From assembly GCA_964516975.1 (NCBI GenBank), contig CAZFAS010000001.1, forward strand, positions 118,500 through 182,499: a stretch of 64,000 nucleotides of DNA. The letters are read 5' to 3'. Below the pieces are notes generated by a model. The model was not told the DNA's origin, made no database searches, and saw only the letters and a program-made list of their open reading frames with translations. The stretch comes from an uncultured Candidatus Saccharibacteria bacterium. Its GTDB lineage: Bacteria > Patescibacteriota > Minisyncoccia > Phycocordibacterales > Zambryskibacteraceae. Made by a program: the position numbers and the translations under genes. This document shows, piece after piece, positions 48,611-58,689 of this stretch; within the stretch, counting starts at the first letter, position 1, and every line of letters begins with the position of its first letter.

Positions 48611-49876
48611 TTATGAAAACAGTGAGCCGATCGTACCAGTAAGCACTCCTTCTTCTTTTACTATTTTTACTTCACCTGTCTTTCGATTTTTAACTTCAAC
48701 TGTTCCTTCCGCATTTCCTCTTTCACTCACAATCACCTGATACGGAATACCGATGAGATCTGCGTCAGCAAACTTCTCTCCTGCACGAGCATCTCGATCA
48801 TCATAGAGAACTTCAATATTTTTTTCTTCAAGGGTTTTATATATTTTCTCTGCACGCTCCTTTACACTTTCATCTTTGCTTCCAATCTCAATAAGGTGCA
48901 CTGCAAATGGTGCGACAGACTCAGGCCAGACTATTCCCTTGTCATCTGCGAGGACTTCTACGATTGTGCCCATAAGTCTACCGAGGCCGATACCATAACT
49001 ACCCATAATAACTGTTTTCTTCTCACCTTGTTCATCTGTATACGATAGACCGATAGGCTCTGAGAACTTTACACCGAGAGAAAATATATTCCCCACTTCA
49101 ATAGCCTTCTCCTCTGTAAAATCTTCTTTTGCATGGCCAAGTTCGGCAAGCACCTCAGGAGTGAATACTTCTTTATTGATAGCTATTCCTGCTTTTTTGT
49201 TGAGATAAATGATATCTTCACCTGCGTCGGTAAGTGTCTGAAATTCATGTGAATATTTACTGAAGCTTCCCCCCGAAGCAAAAGTCATATATGTCACATG
49301 ACCGATTCCCGCACGATTGAAAACATTGGTATATGCTACTTTTGATTTCTCATAAAATTCATTGTGCTCTGCTTCATCTTTTGAAAATGAATACAAGTCT
49401 TTCATGATAAACTCTCTTCCTCGAAGAATTCCGCTCTTTGCACGAAGTTCATTTCGAAACTTTGTTTGAAATTGATAGACGTATTGTGGGAGGTCGCGAT
49501 ACGAATTCACATATTCGGAAAGAATCGCAGTTAATGGTTCTTCATGGGTTGTAGCAAGGCCCACATCAGCACCACTTTTGAGCTGTGGTTTAAACCACAC
49601 ATCGATAACTTCATCACTCCATCTACCAGTCTTTGACCATACTTCACTACCTTGAAGTGCAGTCATTTCAATTTCCTGACCACCAAGCATGTTCATTTCC
49701 TCACGAATGATGTTTTCAATCTTTTTTAGTACACGAAGTCCGAGTGGCAATATGGCATATGCTCCTGCCATTTCCTTATGAATATATCCAGCGCGAATAA
49801 GGAGCTGAGCGTTTTTTGCAACCTCGTCTTTAGGTGCTTCCTTACGTGTTTTTGTGAAGAGTTTCGATTGTTTCAT
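48611..49876 (-). CDS. proS: proline--tRNA ligase (short form)
   Basis: THEE, KFRNE.R...G.LRGREF.MKD, EVGNIF.LG, MGSYGIG; start moved to 49876. Confidence 0.95.
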   Translation of the reverse strand: MKQSKLFTKTRKEAPKDEVAKNAQLLIRAGYIHKEMAGAYAILPLGLRVLKKIENIIREEMNMLGGQEIEMTALQGSEVWSKTGRWSDEVIDVWFKPQLKSGADVGLATTHEEPLTAILSEYVNSYRDLPQYVYQFQTKFRNELRAKSGILRGREFIMKDLYSFSKDEAEHNEFYEKSKVAYTNVFNRAGIGHVTYMTFASGGSFSKYSHEFQTLTDAGEDIIYLNKKAGIAINKEVFTPEVLAELGHAKEDFTEEKAIEVGNIFSLGVKFSEPIGLSYTDEQGEKKTVIMGSYGIGLGRLMGTIVEVLADDKGIVWPESVAPFAVHLIEIGSKDESVKERAEKIYKTLEEKNIEVLYDDRDARAGEKFADADLIGIPYQVIVSERGNAEGTVEVKNRKTGEVKIVKEEGVLTGTIGSLFS

Positions 49877-49991
49877 GAGGAAATAGTAACGCAATTTATT
49901 ATTCTCAGCAAACACTACTTGACACATGATAAAATACATGATAAATTTTTCTTAGAAAAACTTGTTCGTTCCCACACACGGAGAAAATCTA

Positions 49992-50933
49992 ATGGGAGAA
50001 AAAAAGAAGTCGAAGTCAACTTGGTTACTTGCGCTCGCAAAGTCGACCAAGATTCTCAAAGCAGTCAAGATCTTGAAATCTCTGAAGTTTTTCAAAATGT
50101 TCATCATGCTGTTCAGCATGGTGGCATCTGTCTTTTTCTACTCGTTTCGATTCGGTTGGAAATTCGCAACAGGTTTTGTACTTCTCATCTTTGTACACGA
50201 GATGGGGCACATAATTGCAATGCGAATGAAAAAGATGAACGCATCACTTCCGATGTTCATACCCATGCTTGGTGCAGTTATATTTGCACCTAAAATGGGT
50301 ACTCGTGAAGATGAAGCTTTTGTTGGAATCGGTGGCCCAGTACTTGGGAGTATCGGTGCACTTGCAGTTTTTGGTGCACACTTCTTCACCAATGCACCGG
50401 TATCAGATTTTTTGCTTACCCTATCATTCTTCGGTGTTGCGATTAATCTGTTCAACATGATTCCTATACGTCCACTTGATGGGGGTCGAATTACGCAGGT
50501 TGTCGGAGAATGGTTTCGGTGGGTAGGAGGCATTCTTTTGCTTGCGCTTACGCTGTTTGCAAAAGATCCTTCACTGCTTCTCATTTGGATCATCGTCATT
50601 CAGGATTTCACTTGGAAAAATCTTTGGCACAAATTTAATATCGGAGTTGCACTGCAGCTTTTGATGTTTACATTGATGCTCAGAGATTACGGCGGTATCA
50701 ACTTCCCTCGTTGGCAAATAATTGTCGATATGGTACTTGCTACTCTCCTTAACTTCGGCAGCTATTTATCTGCTTCCAAGGTAGTCGAGGAAACTACTGA
50801 AGATCGCCATGTTCTTCCGGTAGCTACCGCACCAACGCGATTTAAGTGGTTCGCATACTACCTTTTGGTTGTTGGTGGCCTCACGTGGATCATGTACTAC
50901 CAATCTTCACTACTCAGAAACATTGTGAAGTGA
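49992..50933 (+). CDS. site-2 protease (M50) family protein
   Basis: HEMGH, GGP, NLFNMIP..PLDGGR. Confidence 0.9.
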   Translation: MGEKKKSKSTWLLALAKSTKILKAVKILKSLKFFKMFIMLFSMVASVFFYSFRFGWKFATGFVLLIFVHEMGHIIAMRMKKMNASLPMFIPMLGAVIFAPKMGTREDEAFVGIGGPVLGSIGALAVFGAHFFTNAPVSDFLLTLSFFGVAINLFNMIPIRPLDGGRITQVVGEWFRWVGGILLLALTLFAKDPSLLLIWIIVIQDFTWKNLWHKFNIGVALQLLMFTLMLRDYGGINFPRWQIIVDMVLATLLNFGSYLSASKVVEETTEDRHVLPVATAPTRFKWFAYYLLVVGGLTWIMYYQSSLLRNIVK

Positions 50934-50973
50934 AGATAGAACCCCGACGCTTCGCGTCGGGGGTTTCTTTTTA

Positions 50974-52068
50974 TTATCTCCAGAGTTTTATGATGTCATG
51001 AAAAGTCACTACAACCATAAGGAGAATAAGAATCACGAAGCCAACTGCGTTCAATGTATTTGCAACCTTCGGTGATAAAGATTTTCTTCGGATCGCTTCA
51101 ATAAGCAGAAAGAGAAGTCTTCCCCCATCAAGTGCTGGGAATGGGAGCAAGTTAATTACTGCAAGATTGATAGAGATTATCGCAGTAAATGAAAGTAAAT
51201 ATATAAATCCAAGCTTTGAGACATCTCCCACTAAGCCAACAATTCCTACAGGACCTGTAACCTGTGAGAGATCTCCTTTTCCAACAAATGCACTGCCTAT
51301 AAATCCTATAAGTCCAGTAGCGGTTTGCCATGTTGTATTAGCAGTTGTTTTAAGCCCCTCCCAAATTGCCTTATGGATTGGAAGTCGCATTATTCCAATC
51401 TCTTCCATGCGTACTCCGATAGCGATTTTCCCAGGGACTATTCCCTCTTCTGCTTTTACACGTGCTGAAAGCATTTCTTTTCCACGATTGATATCTACAG
51501 TTATCTCATCTCTTCCATGTGCTTCGATAAAATTCGAGATAATCTGCGGTGAAACTTCTTTGATCACATACTTACCTGAACTTGCACTTAGTATCACATC
51601 ACCTGCTTTTATACCTGATTTAAATGCTGGAGAATCTGGCGCAACTGTCGTCACTACTACATGTGGGTTTACCACAGCGCCCGGATTTGCACTATCAACC
51701 GGTGTTGGAAGTCCGATCATATATCCAAGTGTAATGAGAAGCCATGCAAAGAGCGCATTAAATAGTACTCCGCCGATGAGTACCGCTGCCTGGATATATC
51801 TTGGCTTATGAACAAAACTTCTTTCTTTCTCTGGTCCATCGATAGACTCTTCATTTGGTTCTTCACCAAAAATTTTTACAAATCCACCAAATGGAATCGC
51901 ATTTACTGAATACAAAGTCTCACCCTTTTGTTTGCCCCAAATTTTCGGTGGAAAGCCTATACCAAACTCCGTCACTTTGATTTTAGATTTCTTTGCAATA
52001 AGAAAATGTCCGAGTTCATGCACGAGTACAAGCACTGCAAGTATGATTACAAATATAATAAATGACAT
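50974..52068 (-). CDS. rseP: RIP metalloprotease RseP
   Basis: HELGH, GGFV, PDZ, NLLPFPALDGG. Confidence 0.93.
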   Translation of the reverse strand: MSFIIFVIILAVLVLVHELGHFLIAKKSKIKVTEFGIGFPPKIWGKQKGETLYSVNAIPFGGFVKIFGEEPNEESIDGPEKERSFVHKPRYIQAAVLIGGVLFNALFAWLLITLGYMIGLPTPVDSANPGAVVNPHVVVTTVAPDSPAFKSGIKAGDVILSASSGKYVIKEVSPQIISNFIEAHGRDEITVDINRGKEMLSARVKAEEGIVPGKIAIGVRMEEIGIMRLPIHKAIWEGLKTTANTTWQTATGLIGFIGSAFVGKGDLSQVTGPVGIVGLVGDVSKLGFIYLLSFTAIISINLAVINLLPFPALDGGRLLFLLIEAIRRKSLSPKVANTLNAVGFVILILLMVVVTFHDIIKLWR

Positions 52069-52098
52069 CTGTGTATAAATTAAAATTAGTAGGTAAAC

Positions 52099-52650
52099 CT
52101 AGTTAAGGATCTCCTGCTCTTTCTTTGTAGCAAGTTCATCGAGTTTTTTGTTTGCCTCATCCACGATCTTTTGCATTTCTTCGAGAGCTCTGAATTTATC
52201 ATCCTCTACGATAGCTCCTGACTTTTCTTTTGCATCGATATCATTCTTTGTTTGTTCTCGTTCTTTGCGGAGGGTAATACGAGCTTCTTCGAGTTTTTGT
52301 TTTGAAACTTTCACAAGAGATGTTCTTCGTTCAGCAGTAAGTTCTGGAAAAATAACTCGAAGCCCCTTTCCATCTGACACGACAGAAAGCCCGAGTCCAG
52401 CATCTGTTATGCCCTTTTCGATAGCCTTGAGAAGTGTATTATCCCACGGTACTACACGAAGAGTTTTCGGATCTTCAGTTGTCACACTCGCAACCTGATT
52501 TACCGCCATACGTGATCCGTACGACTCTACTGAGACTGCATCAAGGATGATCGGTGTCGCACGACCTGTGCGAATAGATGAGTACTCTTTTTTGAGCCAC
52601 TCCTCAGTTTCTGATACTCGCTGTTTTAATGTGTTGAAGTTGTATGCCAT
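52099..52650 (-). CDS. frr: ribosome recycling factor
   Basis: IRTGRA, PELTAERR. Confidence 0.96.
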   Translation of the reverse strand: MAYNFNTLKQRVSETEEWLKKEYSSIRTGRATPIILDAVSVESYGSRMAVNQVASVTTEDPKTLRVVPWDNTLLKAIEKGITDAGLGLSVVSDGKGLRVIFPELTAERRTSLVKVSKQKLEEARITLRKEREQTKNDIDAKEKSGAIVEDDKFRALEEMQKIVDEANKKLDELATKKEQEILN

Positions 52651-52683
52651 TTTTTCCTTATTCTATCAGAGCACGACCCAAAA

Positions 52684-53199
52684 TCAATGAAAACGCGTAA
52701 CGAGTGTAATAACCACTATTACAAAAATTATCTGAAGCACGGGGCCTAAAATATTGCGTCCCTTGAGTCGAATATCGGTATGCATGAAATCATGAAATCT
52801 CTGATGAGTAGTGAGTGGTTCCCGCTTTACTTGGTAGTACGTGAATTGCAATAGATCTGGGAGCACAGCGCCAAATGAACCCCATAGCACAGGACTAGTA
52901 AAAAGTGTTGCTACAGAATAAAAATCACGAAAGAAATATATTGTAATCGATAACCCAATAAGAAAATCTATACTGACTTTCACTAGATCAATAGCAAATG
53001 CTTTACCTCGAACGTTTATCGTACCATCGAGAGCATTCTCACTTGAACTCTTTGTACTCGAAAGAAGTGGGTAATCCCAGTGTGGCAATACATCAAGCAT
53101 GTAGTGCGAAAGTAATCCAAATACAAACGATGTCGCTGGATTCGCTTTTGCAAGAACACTGATCGCTCCTCCAGTAATAATGTGTGGCGTAAAAACCAT
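52684..53199 (-). CDS. membrane protein, putative metal-dependent hydrolase-like
   Basis: PH..TG, SHYMLD.LPH.D, PD, FH..MH motifs. Confidence 0.6.
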   Translation of the reverse strand: MVFTPHIITGGAISVLAKANPATSFVFGLLSHYMLDVLPHWDYPLLSSTKSSSENALDGTINVRGKAFAIDLVKVSIDFLIGLSITIYFFRDFYSVATLFTSPVLWGSFGAVLPDLLQFTYYQVKREPLTTHQRFHDFMHTDIRLKGRNILGPVLQIIFVIVVITLVTRFH

Positions 53200-53216
53200 A
53201 GAAAAAGATTATAGCA

Positions 53217-53894
53217 TTATACAACCGGTGTAATATGAGCAATATGCTCGAGAAGCATCTTGAGAGATGGTGACCTATCATCTACATACCCCTTAACAGA
53301 AATAACTTGGTGTAATGTATCCTGTAATTCCTTACTACTATTCTTTTTCATCTGTTCATACAATACAAACTCAATACCATTCAAAAGCATCTTTGCTCCT
53401 GCCTTATCTTTTTTCTCATGAAGTTCCTCTATTTGTTTTACCCTTTCGGCAAGGGTGCTCGAGAGAAACTTCTTTCCAATTTTTTGGATATCAGCAATGG
53501 GTCCTTCATGTTTAGAAAGGAAAAATACTCGTGACTGCAGTGTCGGCAAAAGCCGATCAAATGAATCAACGATAATAAAAAAGTGGGTATGCTCGGTCGG
53601 TTCCTCAAATACTTTAAGAAGTGCATTTTGCGCCTCAACGGTAATGCCTTGAAAACTGATTACAAATATTTTCTTGTTTCCAGATATCGACTTTCTCATC
53701 TGATCGAGTGAAAGCGCACGCGCATCATCAACGCCAAGCGTTTCAAATACTCTATATGTGTAATCTGGATTTCCTTGTAAATCGTAATCAAGAGTCTCCG
53801 TAAGAAAATTTTCAAGCAATGGAAGGACTACATCAGTCGAACCTTGTATTACATACGCATGATGTAAATTTTCAATATTAATATTTTCAAACAT
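53217..53894 (-). CDS. holB: DNA polymerase III delta' subunit (truncated type)
   Basis: HHAY, AQNALLKVFEEP, LLPTLQSR. Confidence 0.85.
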   Translation of the reverse strand: MFENINIENLHHAYVIQGSTDVVLPLLENFLTETLDYDLQGNPDYTYRVFETLGVDDARALSLDQMRKSISGNKKIFVISFQGITVEAQNALLKVFEEPTEHTHFFIIVDSFDRLLPTLQSRVFFLSKHEGPIADIQKIGKKFLSSTLAERVKQIEELHEKKDKAGAKMLLNGIEFVLYEQMKKNSSKELQDTLHQVISVKGYVDDRSPSLKMLLEHIAHITPVV

Positions 53895-53905
53895 GTATGA
53901 ATTAG

Positions 53906-54919
53906 CTACCTTTTTGCAATAATACTCTTCTTATAAGTATCGAGGTGATCGAGAGCAATACCAGTACCTCGCGCAACACAATACAAAGGATCTTTTGCAA
54001 GTACAGCTTTTACCCCAGTCCTACGAAATACGAGCTCAGCTATATTACGAAGTTGTGATGATCCTCCTGTCATAATGATACCGCGATCAATAATGTCTGA
54101 TGAAAGTTCTGGTGGAGTCTCTTGGAGTACATCCTTAATTGCTTTCACAATCTCTCGAAGTTCCTTTCCTATCGCTTTCACGATTTCATTTGTCTTAATT
54201 TCTACTGATCGAGGAAGACCGAGCACATAGTCACGCCCCTTTATTGTCATAACAAGCTCTTCATCGAGTGGAATTGCTGACCCAATTTTTATCTTAATTT
54301 CTTCTGCTGTTCTATCTCCAATAGCGAGGTTAAATGTCTTCTTAATATAGTCTGCGATTGCAGCATCGATTCTATTTCCAGCACACTTTACTGATGTTGA
54401 TGAGACGATACCTCCAAGAGAGATAACTGCAACGTCAGTAGTACCTCCACCTATGTCTACGATCATATGTCCAACCGGTTCATGAATAGGAATACCTGCG
54501 CCAATAGCAGCGAGGATTGGCTCTTTCACGACATATGCATTCTTAGCCCCTGCCTTTACTGCTGCTTCTACCACCGCTCTTCTTTCTGTAGATGTAACAC
54601 CTGCAGGAACAGAAATGAGAACTTCGGGTTTTGCAATATTCCATTTACCAAGCGCTTTTGTAATGTAGTACCTGAGCATCGCCTCCGTCACACGATAATC
54701 TGCGATAACACCATCTTTCATTGGTCTGTATGCAACAATCGAATCTGGAGTTTTGCCGATCATTTTTTTTGCCTCAAGACCGATAGCAAGAATCTTATTA
54801 TCTTCCTCTGAAATCGCTACAACAGATGGCTCATTCAATGCTATGCCTTTTCCAGGAACAAATACGAGAACACTTGTTGTCCCCAAATCAATACCAAGCT
54901 TTTTTGAGAAAAATGCCAT
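53906..54919 (-). CDS. second MreB/Mbl actin-like protein
   Basis: IDLGT, EPILAAIG, DIGGGTTD. Confidence 0.93.
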   Translation of the reverse strand: MAFFSKKLGIDLGTTSVLVFVPGKGIALNEPSVVAISEEDNKILAIGLEAKKMIGKTPDSIVAYRPMKDGVIADYRVTEAMLRYYITKALGKWNIAKPEVLISVPAGVTSTERRAVVEAAVKAGAKNAYVVKEPILAAIGAGIPIHEPVGHMIVDIGGGTTDVAVISLGGIVSSTSVKCAGNRIDAAIADYIKKTFNLAIGDRTAEEIKIKIGSAIPLDEELVMTIKGRDYVLGLPRSVEIKTNEIVKAIGKELREIVKAIKDVLQETPPELSSDIIDRGIIMTGGSSQLRNIAELVFRRTGVKAVLAKDPLYCVARGTGIALDHLDTYKKSIIAKR

Positions 54920-55034
54920 AGTGCTTCTAGCATAGGGCTTTCAACACCAAAAGACAAGAATAATCCGAATTTAAGCATTATTTGTGTTTTAAAGGATTAT
55001 CTGCAAAAATGGGCAGAAATAAAATTAAAAAATA

Positions 55035-55823
55035 ATGAAAAAAGAAACAATCTGGAAAATAAAACTTACTACTATTGTCATCGTGATTCTCGGGCTCGCC
55101 TTCTTTTTTCGTTCTGGATGGAAACCAAGTGGTCATTTCAATCTAAATGGTGGCACCATTGAGATCACTGTTGAAGAACCAAACACGAAGATCTATATCG
55201 ATAACATCGAAGAATACGAAACGAAAAGCGTAAATGAAACCTACACCGCAAGTAGTGTTTCCGCACAGAACCATTCAGTAGCAATATCAAAAAAAGGATA
55301 CTGGCCATGGCTAAAAAATGTTGATGTTAAAAAAGATGAAACAGTTAAACTTCGTCCATTTTCTCTGTCTCAAACACCGATGGCAAAGGAAATTGACACA
55401 ACTGATCCTGCATACACCAAAGTTCGCACGGATTTCTACAGCCACAGCACTCCGAGCGAGTGGAATAAACTACCATCCCCACACGCTATCTACAAAGTAT
55501 GGGTGGATAACAATACAATATTCGCCGAGCTAGCAGATGGAAATAAAAACCCACCACCATTTTTTTGCCCTAACACAGTTTGTGCAACACGTGTTGAGGT
55601 GTTAACCAGTACAAAAAATATTGATGATGTTTCTTTCTATAAGGACTTCGACGACGTACTCATTTTCTCAAATGAAGATGGGGTATACGCTCTCGACCTT
55701 AATAAAAATGGCACTCAAAACTTCCAACCATACTTTCCTTTCCCCCATGCACAGTTTCTTAGATATGAGGATACTCTCTACATCCTCGTAGGTGACTCCA
55801 TAAAGGCAGTCTCACTAAAATAA
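55035..55823 (+). CDS. membrane-anchored PEGA-domain protein
   Basis: TM then IYIDN...H.V.ISKKGY.PW.K. Confidence 0.7.
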   Translation: MKKETIWKIKLTTIVIVILGLAFFFRSGWKPSGHFNLNGGTIEITVEEPNTKIYIDNIEEYETKSVNETYTASSVSAQNHSVAISKKGYWPWLKNVDVKKDETVKLRPFSLSQTPMAKEIDTTDPAYTKVRTDFYSHSTPSEWNKLPSPHAIYKVWVDNNTIFAELADGNKNPPPFFCPNTVCATRVEVLTSTKNIDDVSFYKDFDDVLIFSNEDGVYALDLNKNGTQNFQPYFPFPHAQFLRYEDTLYILVGDSIKAVSLK

Positions 55824-55865
55824 CCCTGTTTTTCACTCCATGCGAGAACATAGTATTATGGGAGA

Positions 55866-57752
55866 ATGAAATTATATGAGGTCATCCCCATAGCGAAGGT
55901 ACTCGGCAAGGAGACACTCTCCTATTTTGGACAAGACTCAATAGAGCTTGGTGCACTCGTTAGTGTGCCACTCAGAAAAAAGACATCTTTTGCTATTGTT
56001 ATTGGGAAAAAAGATATAAGCACTGAAAAAGCTTCAATCAAATCTTCGGATTTTATTTTGAAAAAAATTATTGGAGTGAAGTCGCCACACTTCCTTTCGC
56101 AAGCATTTCTTGAAGCAACCCGTGACACAGCACATTACTTCGGTACAAATACCGGAAGTATCCTTCGCACAATTCTTCCCGAACTCATACTTACTCAAAC
56201 CATAAAAAACAAAGCTCCCATCGTTCATAAAAAATCTGAAGCCAGACGAGAAAACCTCGTACTTCAATCAGAAGATGAAGAGCGCATAGCAAACTATAAA
56301 GCCTTCATTCGAGGAGAATTCGCAAAGAAATCTTCGGTATATTTTTGTCTCCCTACTATGGAAGATATTCGCTATACCAAAGATCAACTCGAAAAAGGTA
56401 TTGAACAATATACAGCTGTACTTCACAGCGGCCTTTCAAAAAAAGAATTCCAAGCAGAACTCAAAAAAATAGAGAACGTATCTCACCCCATCCTCATCGT
56501 CGGCACAGTTCCATTTCTTTCAATCGAGCGTGACGACCTTCGAAGTATTATTCTCGACAGAGAAAATTCTCGTTCATACAAAACACAAGCAAGGCCGTAT
56601 TTTGATCTACGTATTTTTGTAGAAAAACTTGCCGAGCACACAAACAAAAAACTTATCATTGGAGACATGTTACTTTCGACCGAGACAATGTGGAAATGCA
56701 AAAATGATGAATATGCAGAATTCTCTCCAATCAAATCACGCATCCTTTCCCCCGCACAAAGCTTACTAGTAGATATGAAGCTTAAAAAAGGAGTGTATGA
56801 GGAGGAATTTCGGGTACTCTCTCGAGAGCTTGAGGCGCTCATAGATAAATCAAAAGAAGACAACGAAAGACTCCTCATTTTTTCATCACGAAAAGGACTC
56901 TCGCCTTCCACAGTATGTGGTGACTGTGGCCTTGTGGTAACCTGCAATAACTGCAAAGCTCCCGTGGTTCTCTATACACGTGGTGGAAATAATTTTTTCA
57001 AATGTAATAAATGCGGTGAAGAGAGAGACGCGATGGAGCGGTGTAGAAACTGTGATAGCTGGAAGCTCGAAACGCTTGGAATCGGAATCGAACGAGTAGA
57101 ACAAGAAATCAGAAAGTTATTCCCTGACCTCAAACTCTTCAGGCTTGATAAAGAAAGCGTAAAGAGTGAAAAAAGAGCGCTTGAGATCGTAAACAAATTC
57201 CAAGAATCACCGGGGAGTGTACTCCTTGGCACAGAACTTTCACTCTTTTATCTTAAAAAACCTATTGAAAATGTAGCGATTGCCTCAATAGATTCACTTT
57301 TTGCATTACCGGATTTTCGAATAAATGAAAAAATATTTTATACCCTTCTTACACTCAGGTCACGTGCAGAGAAAGTATTTATTATTCAGACAAGAAATGC
57401 TGACGAAACTGTATTTGATTACGCTCTCAAAGGAAGCCTCGCAGACTTCTATCGTGAGGAAATCGAAGATAGAAAGAAGTTCCTCTATCCTCCATATTCA
57501 GTTTTTATTAAACTTTCTATCGAAGGCAAGAAGCCGGCCATATTAGAAGATGCACAGACACTCGCAAAACTTCTTGATGAGTATAATCCAAATATATATC
57601 CATCATTTTCACCATCACGCAGAGGAAACACAATCATGAACGTTATCCTAAAACTCCAAAGTGAATCGTGGCCGGACGACAAACTTATGAAAAAAATCAT
57701 GTCACTTCCCCCACAAGTAGCTGTGCGTGTGGATCCTGAAAGCCTCATTTGA
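55866..57752 (+). CDS. priA: primosomal protein N' (PriA), helicase motifs degenerate
   Basis: N-terminal 3'BD, four CxxC, GIERVE, YPPY, VDPE C-terminus. Confidence 0.85.
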   Translation: MKLYEVIPIAKVLGKETLSYFGQDSIELGALVSVPLRKKTSFAIVIGKKDISTEKASIKSSDFILKKIIGVKSPHFLSQAFLEATRDTAHYFGTNTGSILRTILPELILTQTIKNKAPIVHKKSEARRENLVLQSEDEERIANYKAFIRGEFAKKSSVYFCLPTMEDIRYTKDQLEKGIEQYTAVLHSGLSKKEFQAELKKIENVSHPILIVGTVPFLSIERDDLRSIILDRENSRSYKTQARPYFDLRIFVEKLAEHTNKKLIIGDMLLSTETMWKCKNDEYAEFSPIKSRILSPAQSLLVDMKLKKGVYEEEFRVLSRELEALIDKSKEDNERLLIFSSRKGLSPSTVCGDCGLVVTCNNCKAPVVLYTRGGNNFFKCNKCGEERDAMERCRNCDSWKLETLGIGIERVEQEIRKLFPDLKLFRLDKESVKSEKRALEIVNKFQESPGSVLLGTELSLFYLKKPIENVAIASIDSLFALPDFRINEKIFYTLLTLRSRAEKVFIIQTRNADETVFDYALKGSLADFYREEIEDRKKFLYPPYSVFIKLSIEGKKPAILEDAQTLAKLLDEYNPNIYPSFSPSRRGNTIMNVILKLQSESWPDDKLMKKIMSLPPQVAVRVDPESLI

Positions 57753-57819
57753 CATTTTTTTTGTTTATTATATACTTGTTAGGTAACTGCTCATTCTAAA
57801 CCCCAGAGAAGGAGGCACC

Positions 57820-58050
57820 GTGCTCGACATTTTGTTGATCATTATCGATTCATCACTCCGCATTCTGCTGTTCGGCATCCTTGAGCTCGTCATCGCCTTC
57901 ACTGGATATGGTGAAGAAAACGAAGACAAGTTCTCACGGACACACTGCGTCCTGCGTGCGCGTTACAACGGCATGCGCATCACCTCCTATTCTACCTATC
58001 TTGAGTGGCTCAGCCACTACAAGGAGGCATGGAAGGAGGAGAGGGTGTAA
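57820..58050 (+). CDS. small hypothetical protein (stand-alone unit)
   Basis: TTGACA..TATACT promoter, AAGGAGG RBS, terminator CCGCCCGACAC/GTGTCGGGCGG. Confidence 0.55.
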   Translation: MLDILLIIIDSSLRILLFGILELVIAFTGYGEENEDKFSRTHCVLRARYNGMRITSYSTYLEWLSHYKEAWKEERV

Positions 58051-58128
58051 TACCCTCTCACTGGTCCGCCCGACACGAAGTGTCGGGCGGTTTCTTTTTG
58101 TATTTTATATGCTAGAGTCTTTTTATAT

Positions 58129-58689
58129 ATGAAAGTTCATATAGTTCAAAAAAATGATCCGGTACTGCGAGCAATCGCGAAAGAAGTCCCGAAAAAGGAT
58201 ATTGATTCTCCGAAGATCCATAAAATTATAGAGGATATGAAAATCGCACTTGCATCACAAGATGATGGTGTTGCGATCGCAGCTCCACAAATAGGACACT
58301 CTCTCCGCATGTTTGTTGTATCAGGAAAAGTTATTGGATATATCAAAGATGGTGATTCTGAAGATGATGGAATGACCAAATATCCTGACCAAGTATTCAT
58401 TAACCCGGTTATTACGAAATCTTCTCGTGAAAAAGAAACAATGGAGGAAGGTTGTCTCTCAGTGCGATACTTTTATGGTAAAGTTCGAAGATCAAAAAAA
58501 GTTACTCTCGTTGCATACAATGAGAATGGCGAAAAAATACAAAGAGGAGTAACTGGTCTCATGGCACAAATATTTCAGCATGAGACAGATCATCTAAATG
58601 GAGTACTATTTACGGATACTGCAGAAGACCTTGTAGATATGCCTCCTGAAGATTTTGAACACACTTCAAAGAAAAAGAATGAAAAATAA
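58129..58689 (+). CDS. def: peptide deformylase
   Basis: GVAIAAPQIG, EGCLS, QHETDHL. Confidence 0.97.
   Translation: MKVHIVQKNDPVLRAIAKEVPKKDIDSPKIHKIIEDMKIALASQDDGVAIAAPQIGHSLRMFVVSGKVIGYIKDGDSEDDGMTKYPDQVFINPVITKSSREKETMEEGCLSVRYFYGKVRRSKKVTLVAYNENGEKIQRGVTGLMAQIFQHETDHLNGVLFTDTAEDLVDMPPEDFEHTSKKKNEK

Noticed and set aside
47695-48642. Long antisense ORFs (315 aa opposite mreB; similar ones opposite rseP, yqeY, the S41 peptidase and the ATPase)
   Set aside because: Shadow frames of well-conserved genes with no protein-like features
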